This document shows, piece by piece, positions 29,691 to 38,746 of a DNA stretch of 64,000 bases. Within the stretch, counting starts at the first letter, position 1. Each line of letters starts with the position of its first letter. The notes beneath the pieces were generated by a model. The model had not been told where the DNA came from and made no database searches. It saw only the letters and a program-made list of their open reading frames with translations. Source of the stretch: an uncultured Clostridia bacterium (GTDB lineage: Bacteria > Bacillota > Clostridia > TANB77 > CAG-508); the NCBI GenBank assembly GCA_934169725.1, contig CAKPOF010000003.1, forward strand, positions 48,460 through 112,459. Reading direction: 5' to 3'. A program made the translations under genes and the position numbers.

Positions 29691-30056
29691 TTGTTAGATG
29701 ATAGAAAAAAGAAAGTATTACAATCAATCGTAGAAGAATATATTAATACAGCAGAACCAGTTAGTTCAAATGCATTAACAACCAATCATGGATTAGATTG
29801 TAGTAGTGCAACCATTAGAAATGAAATGGCGGATTTGGAAAAGGCAGGTTATTTGGACAAAACCCATACATCAAGTGGTATGGTGCTTTCTGAAAAAGGA
29901 TACAGATATTATGTAGATGAGTTGTTAAAAGATGATGACATTAGCTTAGAGGAAATCAAATATATTAGTGATAAATTAGAAACAAAAGTAAATAATATAT
30001 ATGATTTAGCAGTAAATGTAGGAGAATTTTTAAAGTTTGGCAATAAAAAATATTAA
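29691..30056 (+). CDS. Stand-alone HrcA N-terminal winged-helix DNA-binding domain (121 aa). It lacks the HrcA middle and C-terminal domains.
   Basis: MLDDRKKKVLQSIVEEYINTAEPVSSNALTT...SSATIRNEMADLEKAGYLDKTHTSSG...KGYRYYVDELL matches the HrcA N-terminus closely. TTG start after an AAAGAGG RBS. Confidence 0.7.
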   Translation: MLDDRKKKVLQSIVEEYINTAEPVSSNALTTNHGLDCSSATIRNEMADLEKAGYLDKTHTSSGMVLSEKGYRYYVDELLKDDDISLEEIKYISDKLETKVNNIYDLAVNVGEFLKFGNKKY

Positions 30057-30263
30057 AATATTTCATACTTATATAATATTTCTAGTAATTTTGTTTCATT
30101 TTCTATAATTGATTTTTTAATATCTTCTATCGTTCCTGTTTCATAAACAAGTTTGCTAAATTCATCTTGAAAATTTGAAAAACTAGCTCTTATAGCTTGT
30201 TCTGTTTTTGGAGAAATCACTTGGTAAATTTCTTGACATTTCTTGCAAATTATATATAAACAT
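30053..30263 (-). pseudogene. Small CxxC protein gene that looks frameshifted near its start.
   Basis: GGAGG-N7-ATG at 30263 opens a 26-aa frame. A frame +1 relative to it encodes ...ICKKCQEIYQVISPKTEQAIRASFSNFQDEFSKLVYETGTIEDIKKSIIENETKLLEILYKYEIF through to 30053. Confidence 0.3.
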
Positions 30264-30373
30264 AATTAACCTCCAATTATATAATTGTGCGAGAATCTCT
30301 TATACAATAGTATTATAGCATAAATTCCTGAAAATTGTCATTTTTTAGTGGAAATAATAAAAGAATCCTTTTT

Positions 30374-30398
30374 TAGTTCTACAAAAGTTCTACAAAAA
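30374..30398. repeat. Right-end copy of the tandem GTTCTACAAAA arm-type repeat.
   Basis: tagttctacaaaagttctacaaaaat, matching 24668-24693. Confidence 0.5.
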
Positions 30399-30546
30399 TT
30401 TAAAAATTTTTGATAGTTGCCAAAAATAAAAAAATATTGTATAATCTAAATGAAATTGAAAGAAAGTTAGAAAAAAGGCTTATTTGATATTTATAAATGG
30501 TGCTAAATAATGCTAAAAAATTTTAAGTAATAATTATTTGATTTTT

Positions 30547-30603
30547 CTTAAAATCCTGCGAGGGTTAAACCTCGTGCCGGTTCGATTCCGGCCATCTGCG
30601 CCA
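30547..30603 (+). repeat. attR: partial direct repeat of the tRNA-Leu 3' half (anticodon loop to the 3' end) with a diverged variable arm.
   Basis: cttaaaatcctgcg-agggttaaacctc-gtgccggttcgattccggccatctgcgcca, compared with the tRNA at 24556-24611. Confidence 0.75.
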
Positions 30604-30615
30604 CAGTAATATCAA

Positions 30616-30960
30616 GTGTTTTGTAAAATTCCACTTGGTATTATTTTTTTTGCTTTTTTCAGAGTTCTAATGAAAAAGATACAAGGAATACTAACTTTTA
30701 CTATTGAAGATGATAACGGAAAATTTAGAAATTATGGAGAAGCTGTTTATGATGGGGATATTCAAATATTTATGGCTCCACCTCATAGAATGGTTTCAGC
30801 ATTAATGGATAACTTATACACAAGTAGAAATGGCTAAAACACTTGATTTAACAAGAGATGGCATATCATATAATATTAAAATTCTAAAAGAAAAAGGCGT
30901 AATTGAAAGAATTGGTTCTACTAAAAATGGAATTTGGAAAATGTACAATTTTGTCCATCA
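30616..30960 (+). pseudogene. Fragments of a degraded regulator of the divergent-AAA (AlbA_2) / HATPase_c_4 type. The C-terminal winged-helix part is in a different frame.
   Basis: ...GEAVYDGDIQIFMAPPHRMVSALMDNLYTSRNG, then in another frame MAKTLDLTRDGISYNIKILKEKGVIERIGSTKNGIWKM. Confidence 0.3.
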
Positions 30961-31382
30961 ACAAATTTGAAAAATTGTACATTTTTGTATTGACATTAAC
31001 ATATTGTCTTGATGAATGCTATAAAGTATCCGGAAGGCTTCTATGGTGTTGTAAAGAATCAAAGGAAAAAAGTAAGAAAGTTATTCTTACAAATCCTTTG
31101 GATTGCAAAAATAAAATTAATCTAAAGGGAATGATTGCCAAATGGAAAGGTACAGGACACATTGAGTGGGAATTTATTTTAGCAGGATTATTCATTCATG
31201 ATGTTGTTAATGCAATTGAGAATGATGATCAAGAAGCGGACCTTACTTTCATGTTTAATCTTGACTTTCATGATAAGAATGGTAATACATTTACTGCACA
31301 GCAGGTATATGATCACTTAATTAAATCATTTACTATTGTTGATGAAACAGATACAGAATTGAAACTTAAGTTCTGTATTTAA
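30903..31382 (+). CDS. Hypothetical protein. The true start may be internal, for example at MIAKWKG.
   Basis: ORF with no recognisable domain, followed by a hairpin/T-run at 31395-31440. Confidence 0.25.
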   Translation: MKELVLLKMEFGKCTILSINKFEKLYIFVLTLTYCLDECYKVSGRLLWCCKESKEKSKKVILTNPLDCKNKINLKGMIAKWKGTGHIEWEFILAGLFIHDVVNAIENDDQEADLTFMFNLDFHDKNGNTFTAQQVYDHLIKSFTIVDETDTELKLKFCI

Positions 31383-31617
31383 CCAAACCAAAAAAGAAAA
31401 ATCATTTTCTTTTCCTTGAAAAAGGTTTCTTTTTTTTTATTTAACTAATTTTGTTTTTATGTAAGTAGATTACAATATAAACTTTTGTATTATCATTTTT
31501 ATAAAGAATTATAATTGTATAGAAAAATAAGAAAAAATAAAAAAATTTCTTATTTTTTTGTTTTGTAAATTTTTGAAGATAAAATGCATATAATGTAACA
31601 AAAGGAGGAATTTTAAT

Positions 31618-31971
31618 ATGTTTAGTAGAAGACATTGTTGTTGTATGAATAACAATTATTCAGATAATATGTGTGAATTACAAAATGATATTATAGAAAA
31701 AAAATGTAATAATGTAATATCATATGAAGATAATTCAGATAGTTGCGATTGTGGATTTGATGAAGAGCAAAGTGTTTTTCCTGAAAACCCAATGTTAGCA
31801 CAAAGTTATGTTCCAATTCAATATATGGATAGAACATTTAAACCAGGAGTAGGGTTAAAAATGGGAACTATTTTTCCAGAATTAGTAAGCCCCTATTCAC
31901 CTTGTCAATCAATGGAAGAAATAAATTATATTGCTATGAGGAATGAAATAGGAAAGGGGTGCAACAGATGA
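31618..31971 (+). CDS. cotJA: Spore coat-associated protein CotJA.
   Basis: ...VFPENPMLAQSYVPIQYMDRTFKPGVGLKMGTIFPELVSPY matches the CotJA conserved region. RBS AAAGGAGG. Confidence 0.75.
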   Translation: MFSRRHCCCMNNNYSDNMCELQNDIIEKKCNNVISYEDNSDSCDCGFDEEQSVFPENPMLAQSYVPIQYMDRTFKPGVGLKMGTIFPELVSPYSPCQSMEEINYIAMRNEIGKGCNR

Positions 31972-32315
31972 TTATGAATGAAAATAGAGAATGTGGATGT
32001 AATAATGAAGAAATGTTTTCGACAAATCAAGAACAAGAAAAAATAGAAAATGATAGAAATATGGAATGTAATCAAAGAAGAGAAATGGCTATGCAAATAA
32101 GAAATTATGAATTTGCAATTACAGAATTAGCTCTATATTTAGATACACATCCAACAGATCAAAAAGCATTGTGTTTGCACAGAAAATATTGCAAAGAATG
32201 TAAAGAATTAAAAGATAAATATCAAAAAGTATATGGACCATTAACAATAAATTATCCATGCAATAAATGGAGATGGCTAGAAGAACCATGGCCATGGGAA
32301 AGGGGGAATTATTAA
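31959..32315 (+). CDS. cotJB: Spore coat protein CotJB. The true start is possibly the ATG at 31968 or a later one.
   Basis: ...MAMQIRNYEFAITELALYLDTHPTDQKALCLHRKYCKECKELKDKY...WPWERG. Confidence 0.75.
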   Translation: MQQMIMNENRECGCNNEEMFSTNQEQEKIENDRNMECNQRREMAMQIRNYEFAITELALYLDTHPTDQKALCLHRKYCKECKELKDKYQKVYGPLTINYPCNKWRWLEEPWPWERGNY

Positions 32316-32912
32316 ATGTGGACATATAATAAAATGTTGCAATATCCTATTAATATAAAGTGTACAGATCCACGATTAGCAAAAGTTATTATTTCACAAT
32401 ATGGAGGTCCAGATGGAGAACTTAGTGCAGCACTTAGATATTTGTCTCAAAGATTTGGAATGCCAGATCAAAAAGCAAAGGCAATTTTAAATGATATAGG
32501 TACAGAAGAATTAGCTCACTTAGAAATGGTAGGAACTATAGTACACCAATTAACAAAAGGAGCGTCAATAGAAGAAATAGAAAAAGCAGGATTAGGTGCG
32601 TATTATACAGATCATGGTGTTGATGTTTATCCTCAATCAGCGGCCGGAGTACCATTTGATGCAACATGTCTAGCATGCAAAGGTGACCCTGTAGCAAATT
32701 TACAGGAAAATTTAGCTGCAGAACAAAAAGCGAGGGCTACGTATGAAAAATTAATAGATTTATGTAGAGACAATCCGGATGTAATTGACCCATTGAGATA
32801 TTTAAGAGAAAGAGAAGTTGTTCATTTCCAAAGATTTGGAGAAGCATTGCGTGGAGTTCAAGATAAATTAGCTGAAAGAAAATTTTACATGAATGATATG
32901 AAAAAATGTTAA
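32316..32912 (+). CDS. cotJC: Spore coat protein CotJC (manganese-catalase family).
   Basis: MWTYNKMLQYPINIKCTDPRLAKVIISQYGGPDGELSAALRYLSQRF...EELAHLEMVGTIV is the diagnostic CotJC / Mn-catalase motif. Confidence 0.9.
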   Translation: MWTYNKMLQYPINIKCTDPRLAKVIISQYGGPDGELSAALRYLSQRFGMPDQKAKAILNDIGTEELAHLEMVGTIVHQLTKGASIEEIEKAGLGAYYTDHGVDVYPQSAAGVPFDATCLACKGDPVANLQENLAAEQKARATYEKLIDLCRDNPDVIDPLRYLREREVVHFQRFGEALRGVQDKLAERKFYMNDMKKC

Positions 32913-32937
32913 TAAAAAAGTATTTAAAATTATAAAT

Positions 32938-32982
32938 TTAAGGCTTAGTTGCAAAAATAGATGCAATTAAGTCTTTTTTTAT
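32938..32982 (+). terminator. Rho-independent terminator after cotJC.
   Basis: aaggcttagttgca-aaaataga-tgcaattaagtctttttttt, followed by a second hairpin at 32983-33015. Confidence 0.55.
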
Positions 32983-33199
32983 ATAATAGGAAAATATTAC
33001 TTTCCTATTATATAAAAAGCTACAATTGCTAGCTTTTTGAGTTTTTCCTTATTTTAGTCAAAAATTTAAATTAGGCGAGAACAAAGGACGACTACGTTGC
33101 TTTATTAAAGAATATCATTTTTTAAGAAAATCATCTTGTTACAATAATAACGATATGATATAATCATACACGAATTAAGAATAAAAAGGAAATGGATAA

Positions 33200-34183
33200 A
33201 TGGAAGAACAAATAGATATTTTAATGGCAACATATAACAGTAATATAGAATATTTAAAGAAACAAATAGAAAGTATACTAAATCAAACATATAAAAATAT
33301 AAAGTTAATAATAAGTGATGACAATTCAACAAATAAAGAAGTTCAAGAAGAATTAAAAAAATACCAAATAAAAGATAAAAGAATTGATTTATATATCCAA
33401 GAAAAAAATTTAGGATATACAAAAAATTTTGGCTTTTTGTTAGAAAAATCTACAGCAAAATATATTATGTTTTCAGACCATGATGACATATGGTATGAAA
33501 ACAAAGTGCAAAAAAGCTTAGAAAAGTTGAAAAAAGAAAATGTTGACCTTATATATGTCAATTCAAATCAAATAAATGAAAAAGGTGAAAAGATTCAAGA
33601 GAATTATTTTAAATATAAAAATGTGCCTTTAATAAATAAAGAAAGTAAATTGGCAATATCAAGATGTGCGGGTATAGGATGTTCGCAAATATTTACTGAA
33701 AGTGTAAAAGAAAAAATGATACCATTTAAAGACAGTGTTATGGCACATGATTGGTTAGCTGGATTTATTGCTAATGAGTTGAAAGGTCTTACATATATAG
33801 AAGAACCATTATTTGGATATAGACTTCATAATACAAATGTATTTGGAGGAAGAAGTTTTTCGCAAAATATAGATAGATGGAAAAAAGAAAATGGAAATAG
33901 TTATAGATCATATCTAAAATATAGAAAAGAAAAAGTTATAGATAAAGCATATTTAGATGGTGCGAAAATGTGTAATGAATATAGATTGGAAGATAAAAAT
34001 AAAAAGTTTATAGATGATTTAGTTAGTTATTTGGAAAATATAGAAAAATCTAAATATGTTAATTGGCATTTGACAAAATATTTTAAATTTTTTGCTGGAA
34101 AAAACTTATTAAAAAAAATGATAAAAGAAATTATGATTTTTCATTTTCCAATATTGGGTTATATAGTTTTCAAATATCAATAA
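33200..34183 (+). CDS. Family 2 glycosyltransferase (rhamnosyltransferase-like).
   Basis: DILMATYNSNIEYLKKQIESILNQTYKNIKLIISDDNS, with DxD (SDHDD). Confidence 0.75.
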   Translation: MEEQIDILMATYNSNIEYLKKQIESILNQTYKNIKLIISDDNSTNKEVQEELKKYQIKDKRIDLYIQEKNLGYTKNFGFLLEKSTAKYIMFSDHDDIWYENKVQKSLEKLKKENVDLIYVNSNQINEKGEKIQENYFKYKNVPLINKESKLAISRCAGIGCSQIFTESVKEKMIPFKDSVMAHDWLAGFIANELKGLTYIEEPLFGYRLHNTNVFGGRSFSQNIDRWKKENGNSYRSYLKYRKEKVIDKAYLDGAKMCNEYRLEDKNKKFIDDLVSYLENIEKSKYVNWHLTKYFKFFAGKNLLKKMIKEIMIFHFPILGYIVFKYQ

Positions 34184-34266
34184 TAGAGCTACTTTGGATT
34201 GACAAATATAAATTTTAAATATAGAATGAAAAAAACAAAAAGCAATTAACAAATGTAGGTGAGTAA

Positions 34267-35256
34267 ATGGAAGAACAAATAGATGTATTAATGGCAACAT
34301 ATAATGGAGAAAAATATTTAAAAGAACAGATAGAAAGTGTATTAAATCAAACATATAAAAATATAAGGCTGGTAATTTCAGATGATTGTTCTAAAGATGG
34401 AACAATAAATATTTTAAAACAATATGAAAATGATAAAAGAATAGAAGTACATTATCATGAAAAAAACCAGGGATATATAAAAAATTTTGAATATTTATTA
34501 AAGCAAGTAAAAAATAACATATACATGTTATCAGACCAAGATGATGTATGGATGCCTGAAAAAATAACAAAATCATATGAAAAATTAATAAAAAATGACG
34601 CTGATATGGTTTTTGCTGATTTAGAGGTTGTTGATGAAAATTTAAAAACAATATATCCATCATTCAACAAATTCATGTTATTAGATAGAAAAATAAATAA
34701 ATATATAAATAGTTACAAGCTAAATTATTTATATAATTGCATAACAGGATGTACTTTAATGTCAAAATCAAAATGGATAAAGGATATTTTGCCAATACCA
34801 ACAGATTCTAAATATTTAATTCATGATCATTGGATAGGAATAATAGTGTCATTAAATGGTAAAATAGTGTACATGCCTGAAAAATATATAAAATATAGAC
34901 AACATGGAAATAACCAAGTGGGAACAGAAAAAATTTCGCATGGATTTAAAAAACTTGAACAGGTAAGAAAATTATTTATAAATGTAAAACTTGGAGTTTT
35001 TGGAACATATGTAAAACATAATGAAAAATTTCCAAGTGAACTTCAAAAATTAAATAGGGAAGCTTTGGAATATTTTAAAATGTTAGAAAAGAAAAAAAAC
35101 TTTAATTTTAAAGGATGGAAAACATTTTATAAATTGTATAAAAATGAAACCACAAAATATTTTATAGAAAATTTCTTAATTTTGAATATGCCAAGAGTTG
35201 TAGAAATTCCGTTTGCAATTAGACATGTGATTTTAAAAATATTAGGAAAGAGATAA
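34267..35256 (+). CDS. Family 2 glycosyltransferase, a tandem paralog of the gene before it.
   Basis: Same N-terminus MEEQIDVLMATYNGEKYLKEQIESVLNQTYKNI...SDDCS, with DxD (SDQDD). Confidence 0.75.
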   Translation: MEEQIDVLMATYNGEKYLKEQIESVLNQTYKNIRLVISDDCSKDGTINILKQYENDKRIEVHYHEKNQGYIKNFEYLLKQVKNNIYMLSDQDDVWMPEKITKSYEKLIKNDADMVFADLEVVDENLKTIYPSFNKFMLLDRKINKYINSYKLNYLYNCITGCTLMSKSKWIKDILPIPTDSKYLIHDHWIGIIVSLNGKIVYMPEKYIKYRQHGNNQVGTEKISHGFKKLEQVRKLFINVKLGVFGTYVKHNEKFPSELQKLNREALEYFKMLEKKKNFNFKGWKTFYKLYKNETTKYFIENFLILNMPRVVEIPFAIRHVILKILGKR

Positions 35257-35272
35257 AATAGTATAAAAGGAA

Positions 35273-37057
35273 GTGATTGTAATAAAAAAAATTATAAAAA
35301 AAATTTATAAAATTTTCTTCAAAGAAACACCAACGGAAAAATTTAATAGAGAAGAACAAGAAAATTATCAAAAATGGATTATTAATAATGAACCTAATGA
35401 AGATGAACTTAAAAATCAACGTAAAGTAAAATTCAAATTTATGCCTAAAATTAGCATAGTTATTCCTCTTTATAATACACCAGAAAAATACTTTGATGAA
35501 CTATTAATATCTTTAAATGAACAAACTTATGCAAATTGGGAATTGTGCTTAGCAGATGGGAGTCAAAAAGAAAATGAGCATATAAAGAAAATAATTAGTT
35601 TATATGGAGATAGAATAAAATATAAAAGTATTGGAAGAAATAAGGGGATTTCGGGTAATACTAATGAAGCACTGAAATTAGCAACTGGAGATTATATAGC
35701 ATTAATGGATCAAGATGATTTATTGCCAAAATTTGCTTTATATGAAATTGTAAAAACTATAAATGAAAATGATGATGTAGATTTTATATATTCAGATGAA
35801 GATAAAGTTTATGAAAAAGGTGATATAAAAATAAGAACATCACCACATTTTAAGCAAGATTATGCTATTGATACATTAAGAAGTTATAATTATATATGTC
35901 ATTTTTCGATTTTTAGTAAAAAATTAATATCTAGGATAGGAGAGTTTAACTCAGAATTTGATGGGAGCCAAGATTACGATTTTATATTAAGAGCAACCGA
36001 GAATGCAAATAAGATTATTCATATACCAAAAATATTATATAATTGGAGAATTAGTGAAAGTTCTGTTGCATCTGGTTCAAGTGCAAAACCATATGCTTAT
36101 GAAGCTGCAAAAAGAGCACTGTTAACAAGTTTAGAGAGAAATGATATATATAATGCAAAGGTGGAAGATTCGAAAGTTATAGGATTATATAATGTTACAT
36201 ATCCAATTTTGAAAGAGGAAAAAATTTCAATAATAATTCCAAATAAAAATAATAAAAAACAACTAAGGAAATGTATAAATTCTATAATGAAATCAACATA
36301 TAATAATTTTGAAATAATTATAGTTGATAGTAGTGACAATAAAAGTATTTTAAAATATTATAACAAAATAAAAGAAAACGAAAAGATAAAAATAGAATTA
36401 ACAGATTATAAAGAATATAATTATTTTAAATTATGTAATTATGGGGCAAATAAATCAAATGGTGAATATTTAGTTTTTTTAAATAGTGATATAAAAATAG
36501 TTTCTAAGGATTGGTTAGAAAAGATTCTATCTAACTGTCAAAGGAATGAAGTTGGATGCATTGGCGGAAAAATATTATATAAAAATAAAAAAATAAAACA
36601 TGCTGGGATAGCTCTGAATTTAATGGGATTGTTTGGCAATATCAATAGATTAGAAAAAAGTAAAAGTCCAGGATATTTTGGTAGAATAATGATACAACAA
36701 AATGTTATGGCTATTTCAAGTCAATTGATAGGTGTATCTAAAAAAATATTTGAAAAAGTCAATGGATTTGATTTTAATTATAAGGATGGATATTGTGATG
36801 TTGATTTTTGCTTAAAAATAAATGATATTGATAAATTAGTTGTATATAATCCTTATATAATAGGATGTGATAAAGGAACAATACAATTAAAATATGATGA
36901 GGATAAGACTTCTGATGAAGAAATTTTAAAGAAATGGAATAAATATTTTATAAAAGAAGATAAATATTTTAATCCTAATTTTCGTAAAGATGTATCAAAT
37001 ATGAGAATAAATCCTAACAAAATAAAATATGAAAAAACAAAAAATACATATAATTAA
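35273..37057 (+). CDS. Dual-domain family 2 glycosyltransferase.
   Basis: Two GT2 modules: ISIVIPLYNTPEKYFDELLISLNEQTYANWELCLADGS...MDQDD, and ISIIIPNKNNKKQLRKCINSIMKSTYNNFEIIIVDSSD. Confidence 0.7.
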   Translation: MIVIKKIIKKIYKIFFKETPTEKFNREEQENYQKWIINNEPNEDELKNQRKVKFKFMPKISIVIPLYNTPEKYFDELLISLNEQTYANWELCLADGSQKENEHIKKIISLYGDRIKYKSIGRNKGISGNTNEALKLATGDYIALMDQDDLLPKFALYEIVKTINENDDVDFIYSDEDKVYEKGDIKIRTSPHFKQDYAIDTLRSYNYICHFSIFSKKLISRIGEFNSEFDGSQDYDFILRATENANKIIHIPKILYNWRISESSVASGSSAKPYAYEAAKRALLTSLERNDIYNAKVEDSKVIGLYNVTYPILKEEKISIIIPNKNNKKQLRKCINSIMKSTYNNFEIIIVDSSDNKSILKYYNKIKENEKIKIELTDYKEYNYFKLCNYGANKSNGEYLVFLNSDIKIVSKDWLEKILSNCQRNEVGCIGGKILYKNKKIKHAGIALNLMGLFGNINRLEKSKSPGYFGRIMIQQNVMAISSQLIGVSKKIFEKVNGFDFNYKDGYCDVDFCLKINDIDKLVVYNPYIIGCDKGTIQLKYDEDKTSDEEILKKWNKYFIKEDKYFNPNFRKDVSNMRINPNKIKYEKTKNTYN

Positions 37058-37148
37058 AATTAGAAAGATTGTATTTGATTTAAAAAAAAGTTAGTGTTAT
37101 AATATGCAAAATAATAAATATAAAAAAATGAAAAAGAGAGGTAGTAGA

Positions 37149-37889
37149 ATGAAAAATAAATCTGATATTGTAATAGATGTAAAAAATGTTAGCAAACATT
37201 TTAATGTATATTACGATAAAGCAAATACTTTAAAAGAGAGAGCTATTTTTTGGAAAAGAAATAATCATGAAGTTAGAAAAGTTTTGAATGATATTAATGT
37301 TCAAATTAAATCAGGTGAAACAGTTGCGTTAATAGGAGTAAATGGATCTGGAAAAAGTACTCTATTAAAATTAATGACAAAAATAATCTATCCTAATGAA
37401 GGAGAAATTGAGGTAAAAGGAAAATTAACATCAATGCTTGAATTAGGTGCTGGATTCCATCCGGATTTTTCAGGAATGGAAAATATATATTTTAATGCAT
37501 CAATTTTTGGTTTATCAAAAAAAGAAATTGATGATAGATTAGAAGATATTATAGAATTTTCAGAATTAAGAGATTATATTGATAATCCTGTAAGAACATA
37601 TTCATCAGGAATGTATATGAGATTAGCATTTTCTATTGCAATAAATGTTGACGCAGATATACTTTTAATTGATGAGATATTATCAGTTGGTGACAAACAT
37701 TTTCAAGATAAATGTTTTAATAAAATGCAAGAATTAAAAAAAGAAGGAAAAACTATAGTACTTGTAACACATGATTTAGGTGCAGCACAAAGATTATGTG
37801 ACAGAACTATATGGCTAAGTAATGGTAAGATAAGAATGGATGGAAATACAGCAGATGTTTTAGAGCAATATGTAAAGGAATGTTCATAA
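37149..37889 (+). CDS. ABC transporter ATP-binding protein of a polysaccharide/teichoic-acid exporter (Wzt/TagH-like).
   Basis: GVNGSGKSTLLK (Walker A), LSGGMxx-like YSSGMYMRLAFS, and ILLIDEILSVGD (Walker B). The start was set at the ATG at 37149 after an AGAGAGG RBS. Confidence 0.8.
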   Translation: MKNKSDIVIDVKNVSKHFNVYYDKANTLKERAIFWKRNNHEVRKVLNDINVQIKSGETVALIGVNGSGKSTLLKLMTKIIYPNEGEIEVKGKLTSMLELGAGFHPDFSGMENIYFNASIFGLSKKEIDDRLEDIIEFSELRDYIDNPVRTYSSGMYMRLAFSIAINVDADILLIDEILSVGDKHFQDKCFNKMQELKKEGKTIVLVTHDLGAAQRLCDRTIWLSNGKIRMDGNTADVLEQYVKECS

Positions 37890-37925
37890 TAATTATCAGA
37901 TATTAAATTAATAAGGAGAAATAAA

Positions 37926-38702
37926 ATGTTAAAAAGAATTAAAGAATTATATTTTTATAGACAATTTTTAAAAACATCAGTAAAGAAAGAATTTCGTGGT
38001 AAATATAAAAAATCATTTTTGGGAGTGTTGTGGTCATTTATAAATCCACTTTTACAATTATTAATATATGCACTTGTATTTCCATATATTTTAAGAATTC
38101 ATGAAGAAAATTACATAATGTTTTTATTTTCAGCATTAATTCCATGGAATTTCTTTGCTACAATAATTTCACAAAGTACATCAGTTATAGTTGGTAATGG
38201 AGGAATATTAAAAAAAGTATATTTCCCGAGGGAAATTTTACCTATTTCAATTGTAATAAGTGGCGCAATAAATTTTTTAATTTCTTGTATTATAATTTTT
38301 GCGGCATTGTTAATTTCAGGAATGGGAATAACAATTAATGTGCTATGGTTGCCTGTAATATTATTAGTTCAATGTATTATCACATTAGCAATTTGTTTTG
38401 TTCTATCAGCTCTTACTGTTTTTATAAGAGATTTAGAATATTTTATAAATGTATTATTACAATTGTGGATGTATGTAACACCAGTTATATATAAAATAGA
38501 AATGATACCAGAAAAATTGGCAAAATTATTCCGTATAAACCCAATGGTTGAAATAATAAATGCTTATAGAGACATATTTTATTATCAGACAATGCCAAAT
38601 TTAAAAGCACTTGGAATTTTAGCTGTTATAGGAATAGTAATAATGTTCATAGGATATTGGATATTCAAAAAACTTGAGAAAAAATTTGCTGAAGAATTAT
38701 AA
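37926..38702 (+). CDS. ABC-2 type transporter permease (Wzm/TagG-like).
   Basis: 258 aa with 6 predicted TM segments. It follows its ATPase. Confidence 0.75.
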   Translation: MLKRIKELYFYRQFLKTSVKKEFRGKYKKSFLGVLWSFINPLLQLLIYALVFPYILRIHEENYIMFLFSALIPWNFFATIISQSTSVIVGNGGILKKVYFPREILPISIVISGAINFLISCIIIFAALLISGMGITINVLWLPVILLVQCIITLAICFVLSALTVFIRDLEYFINVLLQLWMYVTPVIYKIEMIPEKLAKLFRINPMVEIINAYRDIFYYQTMPNLKALGILAVIGIVIMFIGYWIFKKLEKKFAEEL

Positions 38703-38746
38703 AGTTGAGATTTATGAATTACATAATAATATATAAGGAGTAAAAA

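Larger units (their letters stand above)
24612..30603. mobile_element. Integrated element of about 6 kb in tRNA-Leu. It is bounded by the tRNA 3' end (attL) and a 57-nt partial tRNA copy (attR).
   Basis: Integrase and excisionase are adjacent to the tRNA. A direct repeat of cttaaaatcctgcg...gccggttcgattccggccatctgc(g/a)cca lies at 30547-30603. Arm-type repeats tagttctacaaaa(a)gttctacaaaa occur at both ends. Confidence 0.75.

Noticed and set aside
30547-30603. Possible second tRNA-Leu gene or tRNA pseudogene.
   Set aside because: Only the anticodon-loop-to-3' portion is present, with no 5' half. I interpreted it as the attR direct repeat of the integrated element.
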